Origin: Aquificaceae bacterium
GTDB taxonomy: Bacteria > Aquificota > Aquificia > Aquificales > Aquificaceae
Reading direction: 5' to 3'
DNA length: 39,417 nucleotides
NCBI GenBank assembly: GCA_039630345.1
Contig: JBCNVD010000006.1
Coordinates: 1 to 39,417, forward strand
Shown here piece after piece: positions 23,991 to 32,780 of this stretch. Under the pieces are notes generated by a model. It was not told the origin of the DNA, made no database searches, and saw only the letters and a program-made list of their open reading frames with translations. Position numbers and translations under genes: made by a program. Numbering within the stretch: position 1 is the stretch's first letter; each line of letters begins with the position of its first letter.

Positions 23991-24083
23991 CTATTTATCA
24001 AAAAATCGCCCGTAAAAGCCAAGCAGGAAAAATAGCCCTATAGAGAGTAAAACCAAAGTCAGAAAGTAGAAGAATACATCCAT
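23991..24083 (-). CDS. Candidate 30-aa single-pass membrane protein
   Basis: MDVFFYFLTLVLLSIGLFFLLGFYGRFFDK; one clean TM helix, fills the comM-tatD gap. Confidence 0.4.
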   Translation of the reverse strand: MDVFFYFLTLVLLSIGLFFLLGFYGRFFDK

Positions 24084-25534
24084 GGCGTGTTGAGAGCTAT
24101 TGCAAGAGCTAGGTGCTCTGACTTGATGTTTTCGCTTAGCTCCATGTCCGCTATGGTCCTTGAGAGTTTTATCAGTTTTTCTTCTGCGCGCGCTGAAAGC
24201 GCGCGCGCTCTGGTTAATTTTAGAAGAATATCTTCGCACTTTTGTGAGAGTTTGCAGTGCTTTTTGAGCTCGTTTGTATCAAGATGGGCGTTAAATGTCA
24301 GTTTTTCCCCGGATCTTTTGCTTTGAGCCATAAGGGCATTATGTATGCGCTCTTTTGAGGGCATCTCTCCGCTACCATTGGGGTTATTTATCCATATTAC
24401 TATGTCAAATCTATCCAGTAAAGGCCCTGAGATTTTTGACTGGTATGATTTTATGGCATTTGGCGTGCATACGCACCTTTTGTTGGGGTTTTGGTAGTTT
24501 CCGCAAAGGCAGGGGTTGGTGGCAGCAACCAGGGTGAACCTTGCGGGAAAGGTCGCTTTGCCTTCTGCTCTTGAGATATGTATCTGACCTTCCTGCATGG
24601 GCTGGCGAAGAGCTTCAAGAGACTTTCTGCTAAATTCCGCAAGCTCGTCAAGAAACAAAATGCCCCTGTGGGCAAGCGAAACCTCACCCGGCTGGGGCTG
24701 AGAGCTCCCACCTACCAAAGCCACATCCGAGGCGCTATGATGGGGTGCGCGAAAGGGTCTTTCGTAAATCAGTCCACCTGAGTTTATACCGCAGGCGCTA
24801 TAGATTCTTGTTACCTCAAGGGCTTCTTCAGTTGAAAGTGGCGGCAAAAGATCTTTTAAAGCCCTTGCGATGGTGCTTTTGCCACTTCCTGGGGGTCCAA
24901 CCATCAGAAGGTGGTGCTGACCTGCGACGCACGCTTCCATGGCAAGCCTTGTAAGCGGAGAAACCCTTATGTAAGGGCCAGCAAACTGATGGAAGTTTTC
25001 CAAACCATCAGGCGGTTTTATAAAGACCGCTTTTTTATTTAAAACTCTCTCAATTTCGGATATGTGCTCTAGAGGGAATATCTCTAAACTCTTTATGTTT
25101 TTAAAATCCTGCAGGTTTTCATAAGGTATTACAAACTTTTTGTATCCTGCTTCGTGCATCCCAAGGGCATATGCAAGTAAGCCCCTGCAGGCTCTTACGC
25201 TTCCGTCAAGAGATAGCTCGCCTAAAAACACAACATCCTGAGGGACTTGAAGGTTTTTAATAAGCGCAATAATGCCTGTGGCTATAGGAAGGTCAAACAC
25301 GCTTCCGGACTTTTTAAGCTCTGAAGGCGAAAGATTAACAGTTATTCGCCTCTTTGGAAACTCAAAGCCACAGGATTTTAGCGCAGACCTGACCCGCTCC
25401 TTTGCCTCTATGATTGCTTTGTCACCAAGACCTACTATGTTGAGTTGCATAAGTCCGGGGGATATATGAATCTCTACATCAACCTCGATGCTCTGAACGC
25501 CAATTAAGCTACAGCTCTTTACCCTGCAAAACAT
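24059..25534 (-). CDS. comM: YifB/ComM family Mg-chelatase-like AAA+ ATPase
   Basis: Lon-like N domain (ITVNLSPSELKKSGSVFDLPIA), GPPGSGKS, PFRAPHHS, GEVSLAHRGILFLDE, NPCLCG, ISGPLLDRFD. Confidence 0.92.
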   Translation of the reverse strand: MFCRVKSCSLIGVQSIEVDVEIHISPGLMQLNIVGLGDKAIIEAKERVRSALKSCGFEFPKRRITVNLSPSELKKSGSVFDLPIATGIIALIKNLQVPQDVVFLGELSLDGSVRACRGLLAYALGMHEAGYKKFVIPYENLQDFKNIKSLEIFPLEHISEIERVLNKKAVFIKPPDGLENFHQFAGPYIRVSPLTRLAMEACVAGQHHLLMVGPPGSGKSTIARALKDLLPPLSTEEALEVTRIYSACGINSGGLIYERPFRAPHHSASDVALVGGSSQPQPGEVSLAHRGILFLDELAEFSRKSLEALRQPMQEGQIHISRAEGKATFPARFTLVAATNPCLCGNYQNPNKRCVCTPNAIKSYQSKISGPLLDRFDIVIWINNPNGSGEMPSKERIHNALMAQSKRSGEKLTFNAHLDTNELKKHCKLSQKCEDILLKLTRARALSARAEEKLIKLSRTIADMELSENIKSEHLALAIALNTPWMYSSTF

Positions 25535-26214
25535 CAGCTAATTATCGAATGCCATAGCATAAGCCCATCGCGAAAAGAGAGAATGTCTTCTGAAGCTCGC
25601 TCCGGGTGTGGCATAAGCCCAAAGACATTGCCCTCTTTGTTCATAATTCCTGCTATGTTCTCTATAGACCCGTTTGGGTTAAAAGAGCTATCTATCTCCC
25701 CCTGTGGTCCGCAGTATCTAAAGAGTATCAAAGACCTTGATTTCATCTCCTGAAGGTTTTTTTCATCTACAAAATATCTACCCTGAGAGTGCGCTATTGG
25801 CATTTTGATGACTTCTTTGTCTCTATAGCGCTTTGTAAAGCGAGAGTTTGTATGCTCTACCCTGAGGTTTACTGCTTTGCATACAAACCTGAAAGGGTCG
25901 TTTTTTAAAAGAGCCCCGGGCAGAAGTTTTAGCTCTGTAAGAATCTGAAAGCCATTGCATATGCCTATAACAGGCTTTCCTCTGCTTGCGAAGTTATATA
26001 TCTCCTGGCCAAGGCTGGTTCTTGAGGCGATAAGCCCGGCTCTTAAATAGTCGCCAAAAGAAAACCCCCCGGGCACTATGATGCAGTCAAAGTCAGAGAG
26101 CTTAGGGCTATTGATATCGACGATTCTTGCATCCTGCTTTAGTAAATCCCTAAGGACATAAAGAGTGTCATAGTCGCAGTTAGAACCCGGAAAAGAACAA
26201 ATCCCAAACCTCAT
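25534..26214 (-). CDS. purQ: Phosphoribosylformylglycinamidine synthase subunit PurQ
   Basis: FPGSNCD, PGGFSFGDYLRAG, GICNGFQ, NPNGS, MPHPER. Confidence 0.96.
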   Translation of the reverse strand: MRFGICSFPGSNCDYDTLYVLRDLLKQDARIVDINSPKLSDFDCIIVPGGFSFGDYLRAGLIASRTSLGQEIYNFASRGKPVIGICNGFQILTELKLLPGALLKNDPFRFVCKAVNLRVEHTNSRFTKRYRDKEVIKMPIAHSQGRYFVDEKNLQEMKSRSLILFRYCGPQGEIDSSFNPNGSIENIAGIMNKEGNVFGLMPHPERASEDILSFRDGLMLWHSIIS

Positions 26215-26423
26215 TCTATTAAAAACTCTTCAACAAGCGGGTTTACCAAAAACTTCTCCGCAATCAGCCTTGCCTCAGAGGGGTCTCTTAGGTCAAGCTC
26301 TACTATCTTTCCAACCCTCAAGCTATATACCTCGAGCCCACTCTGCTTTAAAAGCTCACGGATGGCCCTTGCTTCCGGATCTAAAAGCCCCTCTCTTGGC
26401 ATGATTATGACTTTTACCTTCAT
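26211..26423 (-). CDS. purS: Phosphoribosylformylglycinamidine synthase subunit PurS
   Basis: LLDPEA, RVGK, LVNPLVEEF; directly upstream of purQ; start moved to ATG at 26423. Confidence 0.9.
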   Translation of the reverse strand: MKVKVIIMPREGLLDPEARAIRELLKQSGLEVYSLRVGKIVELDLRDPSEARLIAEKFLVNPLVEEFLIE

Positions 26424-27064
26424 CAAGGCACGATTATACACATCAAAAACCCGGGCAACATATCAATTGGCTTTATTTTCATCTCAAGCCCGAGAATATC
26501 AAGAGCGCTCAAAATCAAAAGCCCCCCGCCTACAAAGAGAGCTCTTGAGATAACCCTCTCGCTTAGAGCCTGCCCCATAACAAAGGCAAGATAAGTCAAA
26601 AATAGCTGAAAAATTAGCACAAACCCTGCAGAGACAATAACCCCTCGCCCCAAAGATGCCGAGAGAAAAATTGCGGAAAACCCATCCATCAAGGACTTTG
26701 ATATCAAAATAGAGCTATCTCCCTTTGTGCCTTCAAGGATGCAACCAAGAAACGTAAGAGGCCCCACGCTAAAGATAAGAGACGCCCCTATAAATCCCTT
26801 TTCGTATTGAGAAAACTCAAAGCGCGCCTTTCGGCGCAAAAACCACCCCACAATCGCCCCCAAAGAGAGGCAAAAAAACGCCCTTATCAGGTCTGCATCG
26901 CCTCTATTTATGAGGTCAATTCCTAAAAGCAGGGTAAAGACCCCTATCGCACCCCTTATTGAGGTTATAATCCCCTCTGGCAGTCTTTTGCCGGCTATTA
27001 AGCCAATGATAGAACCAGTTAAAACCAGCGAGGCGTTTAATAAACTTCCAAAGCCTATAAACAT
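26423..27064 (-). CDS. DUF554 family membrane protein
   Basis: GSLLN...GSIIG, GFIGASLIFSVGPLTFLG, KSLMDG motifs; hydrophobic. Confidence 0.82.
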   Translation of the reverse strand: MFIGFGSLLNASLVLTGSIIGLIAGKRLPEGIITSIRGAIGVFTLLLGIDLINRGDADLIRAFFCLSLGAIVGWFLRRKARFEFSQYEKGFIGASLIFSVGPLTFLGCILEGTKGDSSILISKSLMDGFSAIFLSASLGRGVIVSAGFVLIFQLFLTYLAFVMGQALSERVISRALFVGGGLLILSALDILGLEMKIKPIDMLPGFLMCIIVP

Positions 27065-28254
27065 CAGGCTTTTTGAGCCTGACTGAAAATATCGTTCATC
27101 ACTCTTGCCATAAATTCAGCTCTGTCTGAGGGGGTAAAGTTTTTCTCTACAGTTTTTCTTGCGTTTTGACCTATCTTTTCAGCTTCCTGCGGGTTTTCAA
27201 GGTAAAAAACGAGCTTTTCCTCTATATCTGCCCTGTCAAGTGGCAAATACGTAATTACGTCTTCGCCGGGGGTAAAAAACCCGGGCAGGGTCATTCTAAA
27301 ATCCAGCATGGGAGCACAGCCAAGGTAAGCCACCTCAAGCGGTGTAAAGCCAATCCCTGTAGGGACCGCATGCGGAAAGCTAATCATGCAAAGCCTTGTT
27401 CTGGATAAAACCTCAAGAGCGTCTTGCCAGTTTTTTATATCTATATGCTCATGCCCTTCTTTTAGCTCGCCTTTATATGGTCCAAGGACTTTAAGCTCCA
27501 TGCCCTCAAGAAAGCTAAGGATATACCAGCGCTTTTTGGCAGTCGCCAGCGTTGCAATCTTTGCGAGAAGACCAATCTCTTCAAGGCTGTTTTCCTTTGC
27601 CCAGTTTGAGTATTGCTCCTGAAAGTCTATATGAAATAAAGACAATACATAATCCTTTGCGGAAAGAATCAAAGCCTCAGGGTTTCTAAATAGATATTCA
27701 GAAAGTTCATAAGCAAAGGGTAAAAACTCTTTTGGAATCTGTGGCTCTATTTCTTTTAAAATCAGCTCAGGGTCTGCAACAGGTCCAAGGAAGACAAAGG
27801 GAATATCTTTTTGAGAAACTTCCGGCATCATAGAGCCATCCACAAAAGGAGCCATATATAAAACCCCTCTGTTAAAGCCCATGTAGCTAAGACTTTGAGA
27901 GTATTTAATGTCAGTTAAAAAATATATAAAATTGTTTGCATCTTTGATGCTATAAAGCGAAGGGGCATAAAATATAGGGTCATCAAAAAACAAACTTATA
28001 TGCACAAATCCAAGAGCATCAGAAAGTATGCTTTTTTTACCCTCCTGTTCGCTAATTAGTATTCCAGTGCCGTTTATATCCAGGCTAAACATCGGCTGAA
28101 AACTTACAAATTCATCAACAACGCTTTTGATGTTTGACTCATTTATAAAAAACTCTTTTGTCTCTATTGAGTGTTTGCTAAGCTCTCTTAAGAGTCCCTT
28201 TATGTGTCTATAGATGCCAAGGTCTCCTTCCTGCGAGATAAACGCAACTCTCAT
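27064..28254 (-). CDS. Glycosyltransferase (GT-B, CgeB/Glyco_trans_1_2-like)
   Basis: FFDDP; C-terminal EVAYLG...[10 protein letters not shown]...[16 protein letters not shown] pattern; start moved to ATG at 28254. Confidence 0.72.
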   Translation of the reverse strand: MRVAFISQEGDLGIYRHIKGLLRELSKHSIETKEFFINESNIKSVVDEFVSFQPMFSLDINGTGILISEQEGKKSILSDALGFVHISLFFDDPIFYAPSLYSIKDANNFIYFLTDIKYSQSLSYMGFNRGVLYMAPFVDGSMMPEVSQKDIPFVFLGPVADPELILKEIEPQIPKEFLPFAYELSEYLFRNPEALILSAKDYVLSLFHIDFQEQYSNWAKENSLEEIGLLAKIATLATAKKRWYILSFLEGMELKVLGPYKGELKEGHEHIDIKNWQDALEVLSRTRLCMISFPHAVPTGIGFTPLEVAYLGCAPMLDFRMTLPGFFTPGEDVITYLPLDRADIEEKLVFYLENPQEAEKIGQNARKTVEKNFTPSDRAEFMARVMNDIFSQAQKA

Positions 28255-28278
28255 GCTGGATATTATAATTTGCAAACT
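28255..28278. promoter_or_regulatory. Overlapping bidirectional -10 elements
   Basis: ATTATAAT gives TATAAT on + (28264-28269) and on - (28262-28267) in a 24-bp divergent gap with no SD. Confidence 0.7.
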
Positions 28279-29280
28279 ATGGCGAAAATTTATTACGACC
28301 AGGATGCAAGTCTTGACTTTCTAAGGGATAAAACGGTCGCAATCCTTGGCTATGGAAGCCAGGGTCATGCCCATGCTCTTAATTTAAAAGACAGCGGTAT
28401 CAAAGTCATCGTAGGGCTTCCTCAAAAGAGCTCTTCAAGGTCAAAGGCTCTATCTGATGGCTTTGAGGTTTTAGACCCAGAAGAGGCCTCAAAAAGAGCA
28501 GACATTATAATGTTTCTAACCCCTGATAGCATCCAGCCAAGGCTTTACAAAGAGGCTGTAGAGCCTCATCTAAATGAGTCCAAAACTCTGGCTTTTGCCC
28601 ATGGCTTTAACATCCACTTTGGACAGATAGTTCCTCCCAGGAATGTGGATGTTTTTATGGTAGCTCCCAAAGGGCCCGGGCATTTGGTTAGATGGATGTT
28701 TGAAGAGGGCAAAGGCGTTCCTGCTCTGGTTGCAATTTATCAAAATCCCTCCGGCAAATGCCTTGATGTTGCTCTCTCTTATGCCAAGGGACTTGGATGC
28801 ACTCGCGCAGGGGTTATAGAAACTACATTCAAAGAAGAGACAGAAACAGACCTCTTTGGCGAGCAGGCAGTTCTTTGCGGTGGGGCAACTGCCCTTATAA
28901 AGGCAGGCTTTGAAACCCTTGTAAAAGCAGGATATCAGCCAGAGGTTGCCTATTTTGAATGCCTGCACGAGCTAAAGCTGATTGTAGACCTTATTTACCA
29001 GTTTGGTATCTCAGGCATGAGATATTCAATATCAGACACTGCCAAATACGGCGATGTCACAAGAGGCGAAATGATATACAAGGCAGTAAAACCTGTAATG
29101 GAGCAAATTCTAGAGCAAATTCAAAAAGGCCTTTTTGCAAGAGAGTGGGTTTTGGAAAATCAAAGCTCAAGAGCTGTATATCATGCCCTTTTGAAAGCCG
29201 ATGAGGCGCACGAAATTGAAAAGGTAGGCAAATCTCTGCGCGCGATGATGCCCTGGATTACTTCAAAAGACCTTAAATGA
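28279..29280 (+). CDS. ilvC: Ketol-acid reductoisomerase
   Basis: [53 protein letters not shown]; start at ATG 28279. Confidence 0.97.
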   Translation: MAKIYYDQDASLDFLRDKTVAILGYGSQGHAHALNLKDSGIKVIVGLPQKSSSRSKALSDGFEVLDPEEASKRADIIMFLTPDSIQPRLYKEAVEPHLNESKTLAFAHGFNIHFGQIVPPRNVDVFMVAPKGPGHLVRWMFEEGKGVPALVAIYQNPSGKCLDVALSYAKGLGCTRAGVIETTFKEETETDLFGEQAVLCGGATALIKAGFETLVKAGYQPEVAYFECLHELKLIVDLIYQFGISGMRYSISDTAKYGDVTRGEMIYKAVKPVMEQILEQIQKGLFAREWVLENQSSRAVYHALLKADEAHEIEKVGKSLRAMMPWITSKDLK

Positions 29281-29867
29281 ACCTCACTTCAAGGCGTGAA
29301 AGCCTTAAAAAGTTCTACCTTGCGCCTGCCTTTTTGTTTTTTAAGCTTGGCGTGCATCCAAACTTTATAACCCTGCTTTCGCTTGGCTCTGGCATTATAA
29401 GTGCGCTTTTTTTCTACTTTCGTGAGCCTGTTTTTGGCTCTTTTTTTCTTCTTCTATGCGGAATTTTTGACCTCTCGGATGGGGAGCTGGCAAGGCTCTC
29501 TTCAAAAACCTCTGGCTTTGGCGCAATTCTTGACTGGTGCGTTGACAAAGTAGTTGACATTTTCGTCCTTGGTTGTATAGGTCTATCCTACTCTCACGAC
29601 TTTGTTGCCCTTGGTGCAATATGCTCATCCACCATTCACTCCTTTTTAAAGCCACTTTCTCATTCAGAGATATCTGCCTCTCTTAAAGAGAGGCTAGAGT
29701 CTGTTGGGTTTTTTGGAAGACCGGAGACACACATTTTGATTATCCTCTGTGGCATATTAGAAGGCTTTAAACTCTTCTCTGCCCTGGAAGCTGGGATTTT
29801 TCTGGTGTTTTTATTTAGTTCTCTTTCTCTCAGCCAGAGAATTTTTTATATTTTAAGGCACTCATGA
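29277..29867 (+). CDS. CDP-alcohol phosphatidyltransferase family protein
   Basis: PNFIT; signature DLSDGELAR...GAILDWCVD. Confidence 0.88.
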   Translation: MNLTSRRESLKKFYLAPAFLFFKLGVHPNFITLLSLGSGIISALFFYFREPVFGSFFLLLCGIFDLSDGELARLSSKTSGFGAILDWCVDKVVDIFVLGCIGLSYSHDFVALGAICSSTIHSFLKPLSHSEISASLKERLESVGFFGRPETHILIILCGILEGFKLFSALEAGIFLVFLFSSLSLSQRIFYILRHS

Positions 29868-30514
29868 GGCCATATTTGCTTGTGGTTTCTGAAATAAGTC
29901 TTGACGGAAAGCTTACCTTAAGTAGGGGCACTTCCAGCAAACTGCTTATGAGCTCCATGGACGAGGAGGGTTTTAAATACCTTCACGAGCTTCGCGCAAA
30001 GGTTGATGCGATAATGGTCGGCTGTGAAACCGTAAGAATTGATAACCCGAGTCTAACTGTCAGGTTTGTAAAGGGTAAAAACCCGGCGCGCGTGGTCCCT
30101 TGTTCTACCGGCGATATACCTCTTGATGCAAATATCTTTTCCCCCGATGCGCCAACATATATTGCAGTTTCAAAAAGAGCTCCAATTGAGCGAATAAGAG
30201 CTTTAAAAGAGGTTTGCTCTGATGTTTTGATTTTAGGCGAAGAAAAGGTTGACATTGAGCTCCTTCTTAGAATGCTCTATCAAATGGGCTTTAAGAGCCT
30301 TATGGTAGAGGGCGGTGCGCTTTTAAATTACGAGCTATTTCGTCTTGGACTTGTTGATGAGCTTAGACTTATTCATCTTTCTGTGGTCGTAGGCGGTGAG
30401 GATGTGCCTTCGCTTGTTGGAGGTAAGTGCCTTGAGGTGCCTGCAAGATTTCGCCTGCGTTCTCACTTCAAAAGGGGCAATCAGCTAATTAGCGAGTGGG
30501 AAGTTGTAAAGTAG
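29864..30514 (+). CDS. RibD C-terminal-only pyrimidine reductase (2,5-diamino-6-ribosylamino-4(3H)-pyrimidinone 5'-phosphate reductase-like)
   Basis: SLDGK, HELRAKVDAIMVG..TV..DNPSLT, MVEGGA, LVDEL; no deaminase domain. Confidence 0.85.
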   Translation: MRPYLLVVSEISLDGKLTLSRGTSSKLLMSSMDEEGFKYLHELRAKVDAIMVGCETVRIDNPSLTVRFVKGKNPARVVPCSTGDIPLDANIFSPDAPTYIAVSKRAPIERIRALKEVCSDVLILGEEKVDIELLLRMLYQMGFKSLMVEGGALLNYELFRLGLVDELRLIHLSVVVGGEDVPSLVGGKCLEVPARFRLRSHFKRGNQLISEWEVVK

Positions 30515-30517
30515 GTC

Positions 30518-30549
30518 TTGACTTTGCGCGTTAGCGCGCTTGATAATTT
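30518..30549 (+). promoter_or_regulatory. Putative sigma70 promoter of tRNA-His
   Basis: TTGACT (-35, 30518-30523), then GATAAT/TAATTT about 18-20 nt downstream, just before the tRNA. Confidence 0.5.
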
Positions 30550-30559
30550 CTAATCTTAA

Positions 30560-30636
30560 GGAGAGCGTAGCTCAGCTGGTAGAGCAGTGGACTGTGGATC
30601 CACGGGTCGCGGGTTCGAATCCCGTCGCTCTCCCCA
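30560..30636 (+). tRNA. tRNA-His (GUG)
   Basis: Acceptor GAGAGCG/CGCTCTC with encoded G-1 and C73; D-arm AGCTCAGCTGGTAGAGC; anticodon arm GTGGA-CTGTGGA-TCCAC; GGTTCGAATCC; encoded CCA. Confidence 0.96.
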
Positions 30637-30643
30637 AGTAAAG

Positions 30644-31501
30644 ATGCAAAGAGAGTTTTCAAAGCTGATTTTAACTCTAAGAGAGTTTTTTGCATCAAGG
30701 GGATATCTGGAGGTTTTTACCCCCTATCTTTACGAGTATCCAAACATTGACCTCAATGTAGAGCCTTTATATGTTGAGGTGAGTCATTGCGGAAAGAAAA
30801 AACTTATGTGGCTACATACCTCCCCTGAGCCTGCTATGAAGAAACTTCTGGTCAGTTTAAAACAGAGTATTTTCCAGATTGCGCGCGTTTTTAGAAACTC
30901 AGAGTGTGGCAGGAGAAATCTTACTGAATTTACGATGCTTGAGTGGTATAAAGTTGGGGCAAACTACAGGGATTTGATTGAGGAAGTTTTTGACCTTCTT
31001 GGGTTTCTGGGCTTTAAAGTTTATGGCTCAATTAGCCTTGAGGAGGCTTTTTATAAATATCTAAAGATAGAACTCTCTGAAAGAGAGGATAAACTCATAA
31101 AGAGCGCAAGAGATCTGGGTATTGATGCTCTATCCTGGGATGAGGCTTTCTACGGGCTTTATGCAAAGCTTGAGAGTTTTCTGGGCTTTGAGGGCGCAGT
31201 TGCGGTTTTTGACTTTCCGCCGAAGGCGGGTTCTTATGCAAAAATCTCAAACTCAAAAGCGGAGAGATTTGAGGTTTATTTAAAAGGCATAGAGCTTGCA
31301 AATGGCTGGAGCGAGGAAAGAGACCCTGAGGAGCTCCTTAGGCGTGCAAGAGTTTTTGCAAAAGACCTTAAAGTCGACGAGGAGTTTTTCAAACTTTGCA
31401 GAGATTTGCCTGAGTGTGCGGGCTGTTCAATAGGTGTTGAGAGGCTTTTTATGCTCTTTTATGACCTTGATAGCCTTGAAAAGCTCAATATTTTGCAGTG
31501 A
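30644..31501 (+). CDS. epmA: EF-P lysine aminoacylase EpmA (GenX/PoxA; LysRS catalytic-domain paralog)
   Basis: LHTSPE.AMK, FRN.E.GR...EFTMLEWY, ERFEVY..GIELANG, G.SIGVERL; no anticodon-binding domain; start at 30644 after the tRNA. Confidence 0.85.
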   Translation: MQREFSKLILTLREFFASRGYLEVFTPYLYEYPNIDLNVEPLYVEVSHCGKKKLMWLHTSPEPAMKKLLVSLKQSIFQIARVFRNSECGRRNLTEFTMLEWYKVGANYRDLIEEVFDLLGFLGFKVYGSISLEEAFYKYLKIELSEREDKLIKSARDLGIDALSWDEAFYGLYAKLESFLGFEGAVAVFDFPPKAGSYAKISNSKAERFEVYLKGIELANGWSEERDPEELLRRARVFAKDLKVDEEFFKLCRDLPECAGCSIGVERLFMLFYDLDSLEKLNILQ

Positions 31502-31925
31502 TGTAGTCCGCGACCGTTGAAGCCGCTATTGAATGGGGCTTTACAACCGGTTTTAAGCCCTGAGCCAGCACAAATCCTATGGCTTCTTTTAAGATGATGC
31601 TTGAGCTATGCTGTGGACTTGGATTTATGTCAAGATGAACTTCAAAGCGTCTGTTGCCGACTACTTGCGATATCTCAAGCGCTAAAAATACAGCTCTGCT
31701 TACCTCTTCTAAAAGTCTCTGCCTTAGAGAGCGAATTCTTCTTACTCTTTCTACCTTCCAGAAGATCTTTGCGCCTCTGGAGGAGTCTATGTGGATAACA
31801 ACCACCGATACAAAAACGGTGTCTGACTTTACCTGCCTTGAATCACAGCCAACATAAATTGAGGTGGTTTCTGAAGTCTTTGCTATAAACTGCTTTACCT
31901 CTTCAAGGTCCTTCAGCTGAGGCAT
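31485..31925 (-). CDS. Ribonuclease H-like YkuK family protein (DUF458)
   Basis: IYVGCDS, SLRQRLLEEV, EVHLDIN, VKPHS.AAS.VAD motifs. Confidence 0.82.
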   Translation of the reverse strand: MPQLKDLEEVKQFIAKTSETTSIYVGCDSRQVKSDTVFVSVVVIHIDSSRGAKIFWKVERVRRIRSLRQRLLEEVSRAVFLALEISQVVGNRRFEVHLDINPSPQHSSSIILKEAIGFVLAQGLKPVVKPHSIAASTVADYITAKY

Positions 31926-32259
31926 CTTCAGCTCTTTTTGGTAGTCTAAAGTCCACTGCCCTAAAATGAGAAGGTCTGAAAAAGACCCAGCTTTTGAAGT
32001 TTTCGTAAGTTCTTGAATAGCAAACTTCGCATAAAAGTCCGTCTTCTACGAGTTTTGAGTTATCGTCACAGCATTCAGATAGATTCCAGAACTCATAATT
32101 GTCGTGAAAGACCATAACCCCACAGCTTTTGCATCTGTAAAGTTTGCAACCTTTTGAGTTTAAAAATGCCTCGAGGTCTTGGGTTATATCTAAATTATCT
32201 TCTTCAAACACATTTTTAAGAAATTCTATCTGTTTTTGAGTTAGTTCAGTTATTTTCAC
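31903..32259 (-). CDS. Hypothetical Cys-rich, putative metal-binding protein
   Basis: CKSC...CC...CEVC; overlaps both neighbours (translational coupling); GTG start at 32259 preferred. Confidence 0.65.
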   Translation of the reverse strand: MKITELTQKQIEFLKNVFEEDNLDITQDLEAFLNSKGCKLYRCKSCGVMVFHDNYEFWNLSECCDDNSKLVEDGLLCEVCYSRTYENFKSWVFFRPSHFRAVDFRLPKRAEDASAEGP

Positions 32260-32704
32260 GGTCTTTCTTTCTACAATCAGAGCATATGCCAAATATCTCA
32301 AGTCTGTGGTTTAGTGGCAAAAAGTCGTATTCTTCACAGACTTTTTCCTGGAGCTCCTCTATGTCCTGGTGGTTAAACTCTATGATTTTTCCGCATTGCA
32401 CACATACCAGATGTTCGTGGTGTGGCTTTCCTGCAACGAATTCGTATATGGTTCTGTTGCCAAGTTTTATGACCTCTCTTATTGCGCCAAAGTCCTGCAA
32501 CAGTCTTACGGTTCTGTAAATGGTGGAGCGACTTGCAAAAGAGCCGTTTTCCTGATTTGAAATCCAGCGAACGAGCTCCTCTATCTCAAAGTGAGAGCCA
32601 TAAGATGCTACCTTGTCCACAAGGTCTATCCTTCCTTTGGTTACCTTAAAGCCCTTTTGCCTGAGAAACTTCTCAAACCTGGTTTTGACCTCCTCCACTC
32701 TCAT
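32246..32704 (-). CDS. fur: Fur family transcriptional regulator
   Basis: HFEIEEL, SRSTIYRT, HHEHLVCVQCG, HRLEIFGICSDC; start moved to ATG at 32704. Confidence 0.92.
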   Translation of the reverse strand: MRVEEVKTRFEKFLRQKGFKVTKGRIDLVDKVASYGSHFEIEELVRWISNQENGSFASRSTIYRTVRLLQDFGAIREVIKLGNRTIYEFVAGKPHHEHLVCVQCGKIIEFNHQDIEELQEKVCEEYDFLPLNHRLEIFGICSDCRKKDRENN

Positions 32705-32741
32705 GATATTAATTATAGCTCTCATATGATATTAATTATAT
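32703..32741. promoter_or_regulatory. Tandem Fur/PerR-box-like operators over the fur promoter and start
   Basis: ATGATATTAATTATA at 32703-32717 and 32726-32740; each reads TGATATT-A-ATTATA, close to the 7-1-7 TGATAAT-n-ATTATCA consensus. Confidence 0.65.
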
Positions 32742-32780
32742 TTTTTATGCTAAGCCTAGCTATAAGAGTCGTTTATCGGT

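Noticed and set aside
24186..24206. GC hairpin GCGCGCGCT-GAA-AGCGCGCGC in comM (similar GCGCGCC-TCTT-GGCGCGC at 13529-13546 in dnaX)
   Set aside because: Within coding sequence for Arg/Ala-rich peptides (RARALSARA); no U-tract; most likely a codon by-product
30560..30636. tRNA-His as a possible integration site for an island containing the PLD-HerA gene
   Set aside because: No integrase and no duplicated tRNA 3' end seen; the flanking genes are housekeeping
30587..30643. N-terminal extension of the epmA ORF in the ORF track
   Set aside because: It is a translation of the tRNA-His gene; the real start is probably 30644
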